This document shows positions 50,371 through 61,885 of a stretch of DNA of 64,000 bases, piece after piece. Source of the stretch: Macrostomum lignano (lineage: Eukaryota); contig NIVC01000867.1 in NCBI GenBank assembly GCA_002269645.1, positions 1-64,000 on the forward strand. The letters run 5' to 3'. Numbering within the stretch: the first letter of the stretch is position 1; each line of letters starts with the position of its first letter. The position numbers and the translations under genes were made by a program. The notes beneath the pieces were generated by a model. It worked only from the letters and a program-made list of their open reading frames with translations, made no database searches and had not been told where the DNA came from.

Positions 50371-50947
50371 GCCGATCGGCGATGGTTTCGCCAGGCTGAC
50401 GGCCGCGGCTGTAAAACCGGAAACGGTGCACAATCTCGGGCGGTGCAGGATCAAAATGATCTTTTAACTTTTCGCAGATCGTAGCGTAGTCAGACTTGGC
50501 CGGCTCTTGCGGAGACAGCAGGCTGGCGATCAGCTGGTAGGTCTTCCTGCCGCAGACGCTCAGAAGAACCGCACGCTGCTTTAAGGTCTGATGTCGTTCG
50601 CCTCGAAGAACTGCTCCAATCTGGCTTGATACTGCTGCCATTTTTCACTCCCCTCTTCAAAGGGTTCAACTGAGCCCAACAAGCTCATGGCTCGTCGCCA
50701 GTGTAAAGACTTCACTTTAGATTGTAGAACGATATAAGCTTGATACGAGGCAAGCGACTGCGATTTATATTGTAAGTATTGAGCACGATACATTTAGTGG
50801 ATAAGGTTGGAGAACAAAAGTAGCCAGATTGAAGAACGTACATGAGTAAGAGAGTACATCAAGATATTGTAGAAAGCCGCACAGAGCGAAACAGGTAAAA
50901 ACACCACCCCCAAACACTGAATAAAGTACAAGCTAACATCCCTAACA
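50371..50947 (-). mobile_element. Ty3/gypsy (Mag-like) 5' LTR + tRNA-Ser PBS + truncated gag
   Basis: LTR 50947-50702 (TGTTAGG...TTTACA), PBS TGGCGACGAG (50700-50691). gag from ATG 50688: MSLLGSVEPFEEGSEKWQQYQARLEQFFEAN / QRAVLLSVCG..TYQL..L.DHF.P..EIVHRFRFYSRGRQPGETIAD. Frameshifted. Confidence 0.85.
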
Positions 50948-51767
50948 AAAATCAACCCAGCCAAGTCACCACAGGTTCTGTCTTAGAGCCTTAAATTAAA
51001 ACTAATCCCTATTAAATCACATTAATACCAAGAGATGAACCGCAATATGGGCTGTCGCGTACAGTCGACCGGTCTGGCAAGTTTTCTACTGCAGTCCATT
51101 TGGTCGGGGTGTCGAACTTCGGGTTTCATTTGACAGCACTTCGCCAATTTTTTTTGTAATAGGTCTTTCTACCATACGTTTTTGGTAGGGAAATGAGCAT
51201 AAGCATATTGTGGCACATGGAATTCCCAACGCATTAAATTCTCTCCCCTGAGTTTAACGTGTTTACCGGGTCTGCACTTAAACAACAGAGCTAATGCATA
51301 ATTTACTACATCTAGCTTACGAGCGTATTGGCTATTCACTGGGTTCCTTTTTAGCGCAAACACTACATCTCACAAGGATGACAGCAGGAGGGATTTTAAT
51401 GGTTAGCCCATCATTTAAAGCACTTTTTACTGGAGCTCTCCAACTGTTAAGTGAGGCAATTAGCAACTTGCAGCCTACAACACAACAGTGAAAAGAAAAT
51501 TAACAGAGGTTGTCTTCATTTTGAGTCCCAATTTTTAGTAGCTTTTAAAGGCGGAAGTATTGAGTCGAATCTTTGCTACCGCTTCCTTGTGCATGTGTTG
51601 TGTTGCCGAACAACTGAAGCAGACTTGTTACTCCTCTTTTTCTTCAAGTTGCTTTTTATCTCGACAAGCCAATAATTTCCTGGAAATAGCGCTTATAATT
51701 AGGCAGAGAAGGCTAGTTGCAAAAACTTTTGCTCCCTCACTACGGCTCGTAGCAGGAATAATCCACA

Positions 51768-54567
51768 ATGTGCTCTGGAAGTATTCAAAGTCAGACGGCT
51801 GCTACCATTATGATTCTGTGCTGCATTGTCTCTGTGGAAGGTAAAACTTATTCAGTATTAGTGTCTTATCATTTCGTGTTGTTTAAAACAAAAATTGCTT
51901 GAATTATTCGGTAGGCAACTGCAACCGAACTCGCTACATCCAGTACAATGGTGCTCTGGAAATAAACTCGACTATCACCAGCCATGTGTTAAACGTCAGT
52001 GGAGTGACGTCAGCTGAAGAATGCACCATGCGGTGCGGACATATGCGCTGCTCTGCCGCCGTATTTAGAAAGAGCAGCGGTCTTTGTCTGCTAGTGACAG
52101 TGTCTCAGCAGCCAGGAGTTCCAGCTGGGACCAACGAGTGGAGACTCATGGGGACGGAGCCTGATGCAATTGTGATGAGGTTGCAGAACTTTGAAGATCT
52201 GATCAAGCTGGCTCCGGTTTCCAATGTCACCCTCGAGTTTCAAAGTAAGAGAGACTTCAGTACAAGAACTATGTGTGACGAAGTGAACAGTAGTGTAGTC
52301 GTAAAGTATGCTTTTAACTGAGAATGTATAATTTATTTGTTTATTACTAATTGACAGCCGTTCTATAACAATCGAAAGGGACAGGCTTCTGTAGTAGTTA
52401 AACGCATAATATCTTAAAGGGCCTTTAGTCTATCATGTAATAGATTGAGTTTTCGCAGTAGAGACCGTAGCTAGTGTGTGATTGCCACTGATTGGTCACA
52501 AGACAATGCTAGCGCCCGCGAAGGAAGACGGTATTTAAAAAGCGACACAATAATTACGCTTCAAAATAATTCGCTTTTTGAGATACAATTAAAACAAACT
52601 TAAGTATTGATTATATTGAATAGATGAACAGATCAGGTTAATTTATAAAGATTACATTAAAAAATCACAAACGTCAATGTTACGCTCGTAATGATCCATA
52701 AAGTATCTGACAGAATTTGACACCGTCACACTGTGTATCTGAATGCGAATTTAGAGGCAGTTTGACTGCGATGGGTTGATAGGTTAGAATTTAGATTAGG
52801 GTTAGGGTTAGAGTCAGAATTCAATTTCTAGTGGTCTACAAATACTCGGCAGTCAAACTACTGGTAGCTATAGTCAAACGTCGTGGACCGGACCCACGTC
52901 TATAAGATTTCTAATTCTACATTTACGCTCGTCATCTTAATCATGCAAGCAAACTTCTTGAAGATGGAATAATTGGAAGTTTTCCCGTCCGTTTTATACC
53001 ACTCTGCAGTTTATAAATATCGTATAGTTTATTTGATTAATACATGTATGCGATCACCGCCAAGTAATAAAATGACAGCTGACAAATGAATGACAGAATA
53101 ATGTTAAATTGGTACGGTATCTCAATAGTCTTGAAACAGTCGAAACAAAGATCAGAGTTCATAGCGAAACTGTTGAATTCTTGCTATATACAAAAGGCTG
53201 GCAGTCAGAATTGTCGTTAAAAGTTCTAGAAACAAAAAGTTCTCGAGTTCCTGATTAATGTAGTTTGATTTCAGCTTATTTCACTTCCAACTAAACCGAA
53301 AATATAATTCCAGACGCTACGGTGGGCCGGTTTGGTTCCATTCATTACACATTGATTGACGTGACCGGCTGCTACCGAATCGAACTCGCCGGAGCTCACG
53401 GTGGCAACAACACCCTAGCTGGCAGTGCCAAATATGGCGGCAGGGGAGCCCTGGTGGCTGGCAATGTCAGCCTGACGGCAGGCACTCAGCTGGCCATCGT
53501 TGTCGGTCAGGCCGGAGGTCCGGCCCAAAAGGACGATAGCGGTGGCGGAGGCGGAGGAGGCAGCTTCGTGTACCGGACATCGGACAATTCGCTGCTAATG
53601 GCCGCTGGCGGTGGTGGAGGAGCTTCACAAAATAATAACGGTTTGCTGATTGGTTACCCGACTGTGTTACTAAATCTTTGGAATTTTCAGAGCTAGCTTT
53701 TGAGAAATGGTAGAGTACGGGGTATTGTTGCAAGTTATGAATTAGATTACTTGAGACCTTCAAAGCCGGTTTAACTATTTAACTAAGAGCGTATTACAGT
53801 AGCACTGCCAAAGAATTATAGATCCAAATTTAGTTCTAGCGGTTTTCAAAATCAGTACCTGCATGGGGAGTAAAGAGATCTTTTTTGGAGAGCAGCAGTC
53901 TCATCTGCATTTCATTCAGTAAAAGCAGTTTCATCTGCATTTTTAGGTGCCGACGGTCAGGCAGGCATGAACGGCACGAACTCAATTGGTAGTTTTGATG
54001 TGAGTCAAAGCAACTATTTTTTTGTTTCAATCGGGGTGCATTTTAAGTGGTAGAATGTTCTTTTAATTCGTGCTGCTAATAGGTATCGAGGAGACTTTTA
54101 GAAGAGAAACTTACTAACAACTGCAGGCAACAAAAACTGGCGTCGGAGGCGCCAACGGACAGCCAGGCAGCAGCGACCAGAGCACCGCAGACCACAATAG
54201 AAATCCCGGCGGTTGCGGAGCCGGCTGGCTGGGCAGACCTACAGGCGTGCGACGAGACAATGAGTCCGGAGACGGAGGCGGCGGTCGGGCCGAAGGCTGG
54301 GTCGGCGGCCTCGCCGGGGTTGGCAGCCCAGCCCACGGCGGCTTTGGCGGCGGAGGCGGTGGTGGCGCTGCGCCAGGCTCTGACAAAGGCTCTGCAGGAG
54401 CCGGCGGAGGCTACAGCGGAGGCGGAGCCGGAACTCTCAAAGAGCACGGAGGAGGCGGCGGCGGCTCCTTCTGCGGCGGCAGCGGCTGTGTGGCCACCAC
54501 AGGCGGTAACACGGGCAGCGACAGCGGCTTTGTGTGGCTGCAACGAATTGCTGATTCCTGCAACTAA
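51768..54567 (+). CDS. Secreted PAN/apple + ALK/LTK-like glycine-rich protein (gene F, 407 aa, 5 exons)
   Basis: Exons 51768-51840, 51915-52244, 53314-53640, 53947-53999, 54127-54567 total 1224 nt, all GT-AG and in frame. Same exon phases as gene B. Confidence 0.88.
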
Positions 54568-54757
54568 TCGCTGACACCTGTAACTAATCGCTGACACATG
54601 CAACTAATTGCTGACACCTGTAACTAATCGCTGACACATGCAACTAATCGCTGACACATGCAACTAATCGCTGACACATGCAACTAATCGCTGACACATG
54701 CAACTAATCGCTGACACATGCAACTAATCGCTGACACCTGTAACTAATCGCTGACAT
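54560..54757 (+). repeat. 20-bp tandem repeat x~10 overlapping the gene F stop codon
   Basis: (C/T)AACTAATCGCTGACAC(A/C)TG units. Confidence 0.92.
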
Positions 54758-54909
54758 GTAGTCTTGTTTCGGTTTACGTTTCATCCTTTTGTTTTTGAAC
54801 TTGAACATATGTAACAGATTAATGATTCATTATGTACATGTAGACTTAGCACACTTAGCTGTATTTGTATATGCTTCTGACTAGGAACTCTATCATTCAC
54901 TTTACTAGT

Positions 54910-55075
54910 TGCACCGTCGGCGACTCCAGCTGACAGCTAGCTGAAACACATGATCATTCCGCACCGAGTCGCGAACGCTCATCAAGGACAAGCACTGGAT
55001 TGTTCCTCTGCTCGCCTATCTGCTGGGTGACTTCGGCGAGCCCCATGCAGATTCCAGCGATCAGCGTCGCGTCGA
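54910..55075 (+). mobile_element. Degraded 3' fragment of the same RTE-like LINE
   Basis: GCACCGTCGGCGACTCCAGCT...GCACCGAGT matches the element at 49790-50370. Confidence 0.5.
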
Positions 55076-55329
55076 TCCTTTACTTATTATGTTATACGTT
55101 TGCTACCAAGACCTGAAGCACACCCCTATGTTGCTGTTTTAGTTCAAGGAGTTTTTATTATACAGCTAGTGTCTCTGTAGTTTTTCGATGCTCATCTTTG
55201 ATAAGACTGTGTGCCTAAAAGAGGCGTTTTAACAATATATTTTCCACCCCTGTACAGCCTTTCTCGACTTTTACATGCACCAGCACTATCTTGATCCCAT
55301 CCATGAGCTCCAAATTAACTGATGTGTGC

Positions 55330-56100
55330 TGGAAAAATATACATACACATATATATGCATGGCAATATAAATTTTCTTGAACTCTGCCATTTTCCCTACC
55401 AGATGATCATAGTTTTGGATAGGTTTTTTACTGGCGAGTACTTCTTTAAAAGAAGTTGCCTCGAGTTTGACTTTGAACTTAAATTTGTGGGATTATATTC
55501 CGGATCGATGCCCTTCTTTATAATTAATTTTGCAGTCTCGAGTAGCGGTAAGAATTCTCGTAGCATGATTGTAATTTCTTTCAAACTGAAGAGTCCTGTG
55601 GAGGCCTCGTACAAGCAAGGTAATTATTTACTATGGGTAAACAGAAGCCATGGATAGTGAAGCATTGACTCCAAAGGGCTCTCATTGTCCAAGGACCACT
55701 GGAATACAGTCTAGTCAGTCTAATAAATATACAGTAGTTCTTGTCATTATCATTATACGAGTATGCTCATTGCTCACTCATAATTTTATAAGTCCATAAA
55801 GTAGTTGTGAGCGCATGAAGGAAGTTTGAAAGTTTTGGGTCCACTATCTGGTCAGCTGGACACCTTGATTGTGTAGTGAGCGAGGAAAAATGTAGCAGAC
55901 GTAATTCACGAAATTGATATTGAAGAAATTGTTCGAAATAGCAATTCAAATGATGATACTGGCAATAGCGGCTACTAGCGCGCGCCGGGCTCACTCACTA
56001 TATATGGCGATGGCGTATACTCGCGTTCTAATTTCATCAAAGTTGATAATGTTATGTTGAGTCTTGACTCTTGAGTGATGTACTGCAATAGAGGCTTGCG
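55330..56100 (-). mobile_element. Highly degraded L2/CR1-like LINE endonuclease/linker remnant
   Basis: Fragments ITQESRL, YTPSPY, VSSFELL and LLLKKYSPVK resemble ITETWL, PPGY, SSFE and LLDKHAPVK. Many stops. Confidence 0.35.
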
Positions 56101-57989
56101 CTCAAATTTTATGTTGATACAATTGTTCTAATTCTTATCTAATTGTAAAGATAATAAAATTTATAGTAGGTTGGGTGTGGTTTGAAAAAGTTGGGTTTCT
56201 TCGAAACCGAATGACGTTGAGTTCGCGCGAACTAAATCCGGAAAATCGCGCAGACGAATCACAACGAATTTTCTCTTCACTCCGACTGCCGGGTTCTCAA
56301 GTCCGGGGGGAGGGTAGTCGTAATCGTAGCAGAGCGGTCGTTAGAGCGGCACGGTCGTTCAGTTAGTAGACACCGGAGATTCTGACACCGAAAATAATGT
56401 GTCGATTTGCAGAACTGATTACTGTCAGTAGGGTAGGTTGCTGCCACCACCGTAATTTGTTCGTATTACGGAACGTTAAGATCTCAGAGCTCGTTAGGAG
56501 TTGAGATGATCGGTTGTTTTACGCCCCACGGGCAAATTACTCAAGATAAAACTATGAAGGCCTCGGTCAAATAACGACTTAAGGAAATTATAGTTGTCAC
56601 TTTATTATTTGCACACAAGTTAATTTGAGCGGATTCACAATTTAAAACTAAGTTATTAGGTCCAGCCAATGGGTATTACTATGATGATAAGATGATGCGC
56701 TTAGCACCGGGGGTGTAGATAAGTGTGACGTTGCCAGTTTAAGGTGGTCCCGAAAAGGGCCGTCGGACTGCTGTTTCTCTATAGTTTCAACCCTTCAGTT
56801 TCACCGTTTCAACTAAACTTTTCCATTTGTTTATTGCGACGTTTACTTGTAGTAGTTAGTGCCCAACGATTTTGTGGCAATTTCTAATTCACTGTATCTT
56901 TTGCTATCCTCTCTCGCGACCGTATAAAATTGGCACGATCGATAATTTTAAGTTCTCTCGCCAGCCAATGAAAACTCTCAGTGTTTACGCTCCCCCCCTT
57001 TTGCGCTCTTTATTAACCCCCCCGCCTGGCGGCGGGCACTCCTCACTTGTCTGTTCTTCGCGGCTCTTGTTTTCCTTCTCCTGCCTTCTGACTGCCTCCT
57101 TATCTCTCGCCACGGCTCCGCTGTCTGGGCCAGCCTGTTTACACTGCCACTGTCTGCCACGGCTAACGCCAATCTCACCACTACGCATCTGCCTCTTCTG
57201 TGCTCATCGCCGCTACTCACCACGTTGCATCGCCCTGCATCACTCGCCTACCACTCGACTTCAATTTCTAATTCACCTCCAATTCAAAACCATTGTTGCA
57301 GCCGCCAGTGTCCCAAAAGTACAATAAGTTCTGTATTAACGTTAACCAAATTTGAATACAGTTGGGTTTGCGAGGAAAGGCTCAAATCTCGCGAGACCCT
57401 CGCGAGATTTCGCGAGAATCTGTGTGAAACTCTCTCTCCATTGGCTGAGCGTTTATTGAGCTTGTAGGCTGAATCGAGAGAGAAAACCCCCTGGGGATGG
57501 GGATAATTGGGGTTGGTGCATGCATGGTGTGCGAAATGGGGGGGGGGGGTCCAGGGCTCGTACGAGCTCACAGAGATTTGCTTGATATATTTCGGAGTGT
57601 AGTTATATAAATCGTCTCAAAGCAGTGAAAATTGTTGCCTAGAAAGTTGCATACTAAGATTCTCGTAATCGTTATACAATTAATTTTAAATTAGAATTTT
57701 GAGATTTTTGTTGAATAACAGCAATTAGTACTTTGATGTTAACATTAGTGTAAAAAATTCATTAATTCCAGCGAAGTGAAAAATTTGCGTTTTTTATTGC
57801 AGTTTACAATGTCAATTACAAAATAAGTAGTGAGCAACATGACAATGGAGGGATAATATAGTGTGCAGTCTGTGCACCGTCAAGGGTTTCCAGTTCATTT
57901 ATCTGCCGACAGTTCGTCTTGTAAAACAAAATGTTTTACAATATACACCTAAAATAAGAAAGCTTAACTAAAAACCCAATCTCGAACTT

Positions 57990-58118
57990 CGTGAGTGTGA
58001 GCGAGTGAGTGATTGTGAGCGACTGAGTGAGTGTGAGTGAGTGTGAGCGAGTGGGTGAGTGTGAGCGAGTGGGTGAGTGTGAGCGAGTGGGTGAGTGTGA
58101 GCGAGTGAGTGAGTGTGT
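57990..58118 (+). repeat. GTGA/GCGA-rich microsatellite (18-bp higher-order unit)
   Basis: GTGAGTGTGAGCGAGTGG repeats. Confidence 0.9.
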
Positions 58119-59513
58119 GAAGTTAATTTGCAAGCTAAGTCATTATAGTGAGTTATTTGCGTGCTGTTTTTATCGCTATACAAACCGAAACAATAGGCCA
58201 AAAGTTGGAACTGAAAAAGACTGACAAAAGATGACGATATGTGACTTTTAAGGTGAGCTGTTATAAATATATTTTTATCACGATGCAAGCCAGTCAGTTA
58301 TTTATACTATAGTCTGCTTTTCAATCCGAATCAATCGTACCAATAGGCCTAAATTGAAAAAAAGTTACTCTATAGGGTTGGCTTGTGTGTAACGATCCAC
58401 AACTAGTCACAATCAATGCGCATAAGGAGAAAAGGGGCTTGACGACAGTGTGACCATAAATTTAACTCTGCTCATATTCAAGCTTGAATTGACAGCCACC
58501 CCGCCCACCTTTTCGAAGTCCCAAAGTCTAAACCATGGAGCACGGTATTTGCAGTAGACTGTTATAGTTTGATCCCCATTCCCCATTTGTTCAGAGAATA
58601 AGAGGCTTGGCTGACTTCGGACTATTAGAATACTCTATTCGGACTATCGTAAAATAGAGGCTCTGTGGACAAATAAATGACTCATACCCTGGTGAAGGAT
58701 TGAAACGGAGAAGGGCGAGCATCATAGCTTGCTTTGCCTCAAACCGGCTAATAGGACTGGGTAATACTGCCTGTCGGTATACACCAACAAGAGGGTGCCT
58801 TAGCTCCGAGAACACCCACCCCATGGCCCCGCACCGAGCAAACTACGAGCGTAGCTGAGAGTCCCCGTGTTACAAACAAGAAGCAGGCAAACAAGCTTAA
58901 AATCCTGAGGGAAGTCATGACTGTAACATGACAGAGGGCAGTACGGAAAAATATTATCTATAGATTTGTTGCACATCTGAACAGCCAGTAGCTTCCAGAA
59001 TTCTTCAATTCCATCGGCCAGTGCTTGCTCCGTCTTTGGCTTGATCTTCTTGTCCAGATGATCCTTGAGGTGGCTTCACATAATAGCCGAATGGGTTTAT
59101 TTTTCAACTTGATCATCTGGCAATACTGTGTTGTTGTTCGAACCCAACCCAGCAGTCGCCGAATTCTCTTCATTGTGCAGATAAAAAGGCGCAAACCAAA
59201 CTTTAATCTCACCCTATTGCACAAGTCTTGAGCTGAAACTTGGCCATTAGTGGCGTCAAGCAGGCGTCATCGATGAAGCCCCCATTTTCGGGGCAGATTT
59301 TATCCTTGCTAATTTTTGTCCTTGACAGAGTAAGATGGCGCCTGATGGCACACCGGGAAGACCTGAATTTCGCTACGAATTTCAGCTACACTTCTTTTCT
59401 CTAAGTAAAACTTTGACAGGAGATCAATACGCTGCTTGTCTGTCAGGCGACGTCTAATCTCCATTTGCAAGCTTCGTGAAATTGCTGTTAGTCTTCCTAT
59501 TAGCTGTGTCAGA

Positions 59514-59676
59514 CTGGCGCGGATCCAGAAAATTTTTGAGGGGGGGGCAAGCTATACCAAACACTACAACCCCATATTGGAAAGTAGACCTGGCATAGAA
59601 GCAGGCCAAAAAAGTATGATCAAAATTTCTTTGGCCGCGGCCATGGCCCCCTTGGCCCCCTCTGGATCCGCTCCTG
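59514..59676. mobile_element. hAT-type MITE nested in the Tc1 element
   Basis: CTGGCGCGGATCCAGA ... TCTGGATCCGCTCCTG termini with an 8-bp TSD GTGTCAGA (59506-59513, 59677-59684). Confidence 0.8.
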
Positions 59677-61088
59677 GTGTCAGACAATATTTTCGATGGG
59701 GAAAAACAAGAAAGGGTTTGCCATAAAAAACTATGAGAAACTGTTAAGGTGGACGCCGAAAAAGCGGGCAACCTCAATAAACAACCCACCTCAAACAGCG
59801 CTCAATCTTACTCTCCCCAGTTAATGGCTCAGCCAATGACGAACGAATTACACACAGATTCTCGCGAGACCCCTCGCGAGATCTCGCGAGATTTGAGCCT
59901 TTCCTCGCGAACCCAACTGTATTGATTTAAACAATAAAACAACTACGGCAGTTACCTGCCTTGTATGCCAAGTGCTCCGCTACACAATCCGCTTCTCAAG
60001 ACTTGACTCGATTCATTTTGGGACTACGACTTACGGCAACTCTCGTAAAACGGCCCTTCTAAGGGTCATAGCCTCAACACCAATAATCGTGACATAAGGA
60101 ACAAAAAAGATGAACTAGCTAGCACTCAATTGACACGGACTAAATTTAACAAAACACAAAATGGGGAGCGAGCGCGGAAAGGAGAGAAAGGAGCAAGGAG
60201 AAGCATAGCATGAGCGTCGCACAAAATGATTATTTAAATAGTAGCGTACATCAAGTGGGGCAGGGGGTGGGACAACCGGGCAGGCGATGGGGCAACCGGT
60301 GGGGCAACCGATGGGGCAAACAGTGGAAAGAAACGTCCAACGGGTTCAGGTAAGAAAAACAAAGGGGCCACGCAAGGGCAAAAGACACCAACGGGAGGGG
60401 CCAAAGGCGGGAACGCAGGACCAGCAGAAGGGGCAACGGGTGGGGACAACAGCTAAGGCAACGGGAGGCAGTGACGTAAGTTAAACCAGTCAAATTTCAC
60501 AAAATCGTTCACCAGGTGGTAGTCCCTTCTACCACACACTGAGAAAGTTCAATCCCATATCTCATGACTCATGGACTTCATTTCCCAACAGATCCTTCCT
60601 TGGCTGTGTCTCTGCTTTGGTATCTCCTGTCAGTAGTATCAATTATTAAGCAAACCCAAATGTGTTTCATTTTATCATCTTTGCAGCTTATTCTTTGGCA
60701 GGTTTATTTCAGTGCTTTTCTGTTAGTAAAATTTAAATAGAATTTTTTTGTCCAACAGTGTCTCATTTTACTATTTTAGCAATAAAGACTACTATGCCTA
60801 TTAAGTCAGTGAGTAAAACGATTAAATCAGTCTCTAGAGATACCTTTGAATTCAACAAAATGTCTTGATTCCAAAATATAAAATTATAACAATTTCTTAT
60901 TCTTTAGATTATTAGGTTAGGCCCTAAGTTTACATGTATAGTTTGTTTTTGTAGGCCTACTTTATATTTATTATTGAGGCAGGCCCAATATTTTTATACG
61001 TATACCATTTCGAATTTACGCCAAATTTCTTGGTTACGGAATTATTTTGTTATAGCGAAAAATAATTATTTTGTTTAAATTGATATTT

Positions 61089-61750
61089 TGTTTAACCACG
61101 TCCCGCGCACCCGTCCTCCCCCTCAGTAAACCTATAAATACAAGCGTTTTCGGGCTTTAAAAACTTCGCCCGCCGTTTCCTCGATTCGGTCAAGAAAAGC
61201 AAAACGTGTTGTCTTAGTCACTGGAAAGCAAGACAGGAGAAAAAGCTGTAAGAGGCCAGAAAAGCCGTAAGAGGCCAAGAAAGCTGTGAGAAGCCAGAAA
61301 AGCCGTAAGAGGCCAAGAAAAACTGTAAGAAGCCAGAAAAAGCCGTAAGAGGCCAGGAAAGCTGTGAGAAGCCAGAAATAGACGGTTGACGAGTCGGGCA
61401 ACTCCTTCCCAGGGAGCCCGCAACTAAATATAAGGAATTAATAGTAGTAATAATAATAGTAGTGAGATTCATAATTACATGTAGACCAGTGTTTGCCGCT
61501 CGACACTGCTACCAGGGCGCCTTGCATAGATTCAAGGAGTCCTTAGATTAGAATTCTAGACTTGATATTTTCTAAGAAGCAGCAATTGACTAAGCAATTT
61601 TATGGAGTAATAACTATCTTAATTTACAACAACTTGGTAACAGCAGTGGGATTTTAGCAGACAGAAATATCCCCTGCGACAACTTGGTGACATCGGTAGG
61701 ATAGTCTACAATTTAGTTAAACACCCCCTGGTACAACTTGGTGGCAGCGG
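61089..61750 (+). mobile_element. 5' LTR (left edge approximate) and tRNA-Leu PBS of a Ty3/gypsy element running off the window
   Basis: GGTACAACT followed by TGGTGGCAGCGG (61739-61750), a TATAAATA at about 61133, and internal GAAAAGCCGTAAGAGGCCA repeats. The LTR start is not confirmed. Confidence 0.55.
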
Positions 61751-61788
61751 AAAGGGATTGGAATCCGACTAAGTCGACCGCTAAAGCG

Positions 61789-61885
61789 AATAACGTGAGA
61801 GTACAGCAAATAACGTGAGAGTACAGCAAATAACGTGAGAGTACAGCAAATAACGTGAGAGTACAGCAAATAACGTGAGAGTACA
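61789..61885 (+). repeat. 20-bp tandem x~5 in the gypsy leader, directly before the gag ATG
   Basis: AATAACGTGAGAGTACAGCA units. Confidence 0.92.

Larger units (their letters stand above)
57359..59919 (-). mobile_element. Tc1/mariner element (2.56 kb) with an internally deleted transposase
   Basis: About 90-bp TIRs CAGTTGGGTT(T/C)GCGAGGAAAGGCTCAAATCTCGCGAGA and a TA TSD. Minus strand about 58930-59430 encodes CNRVRLKFG..TMKRIRRLLGW...YCQMIK.KNK.IRL joined directly to HLKDHL..IKPKT..L.DGIEEFW..CNK.ID, so the DDE core is missing. Confidence 0.85.

Noticed and set aside
52755-52880. Interstitial telomere (TTAGGG)
   Set aside because: Only about 3 degenerate units, inside a small GTTTGACTGC/GCAGTCAAAC inverted-repeat element.
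60234-60493. Pro/Gly-rich ORFs with GGGGCAACCG repeats
   Set aside because: Low-complexity sequence with no homology I can support.
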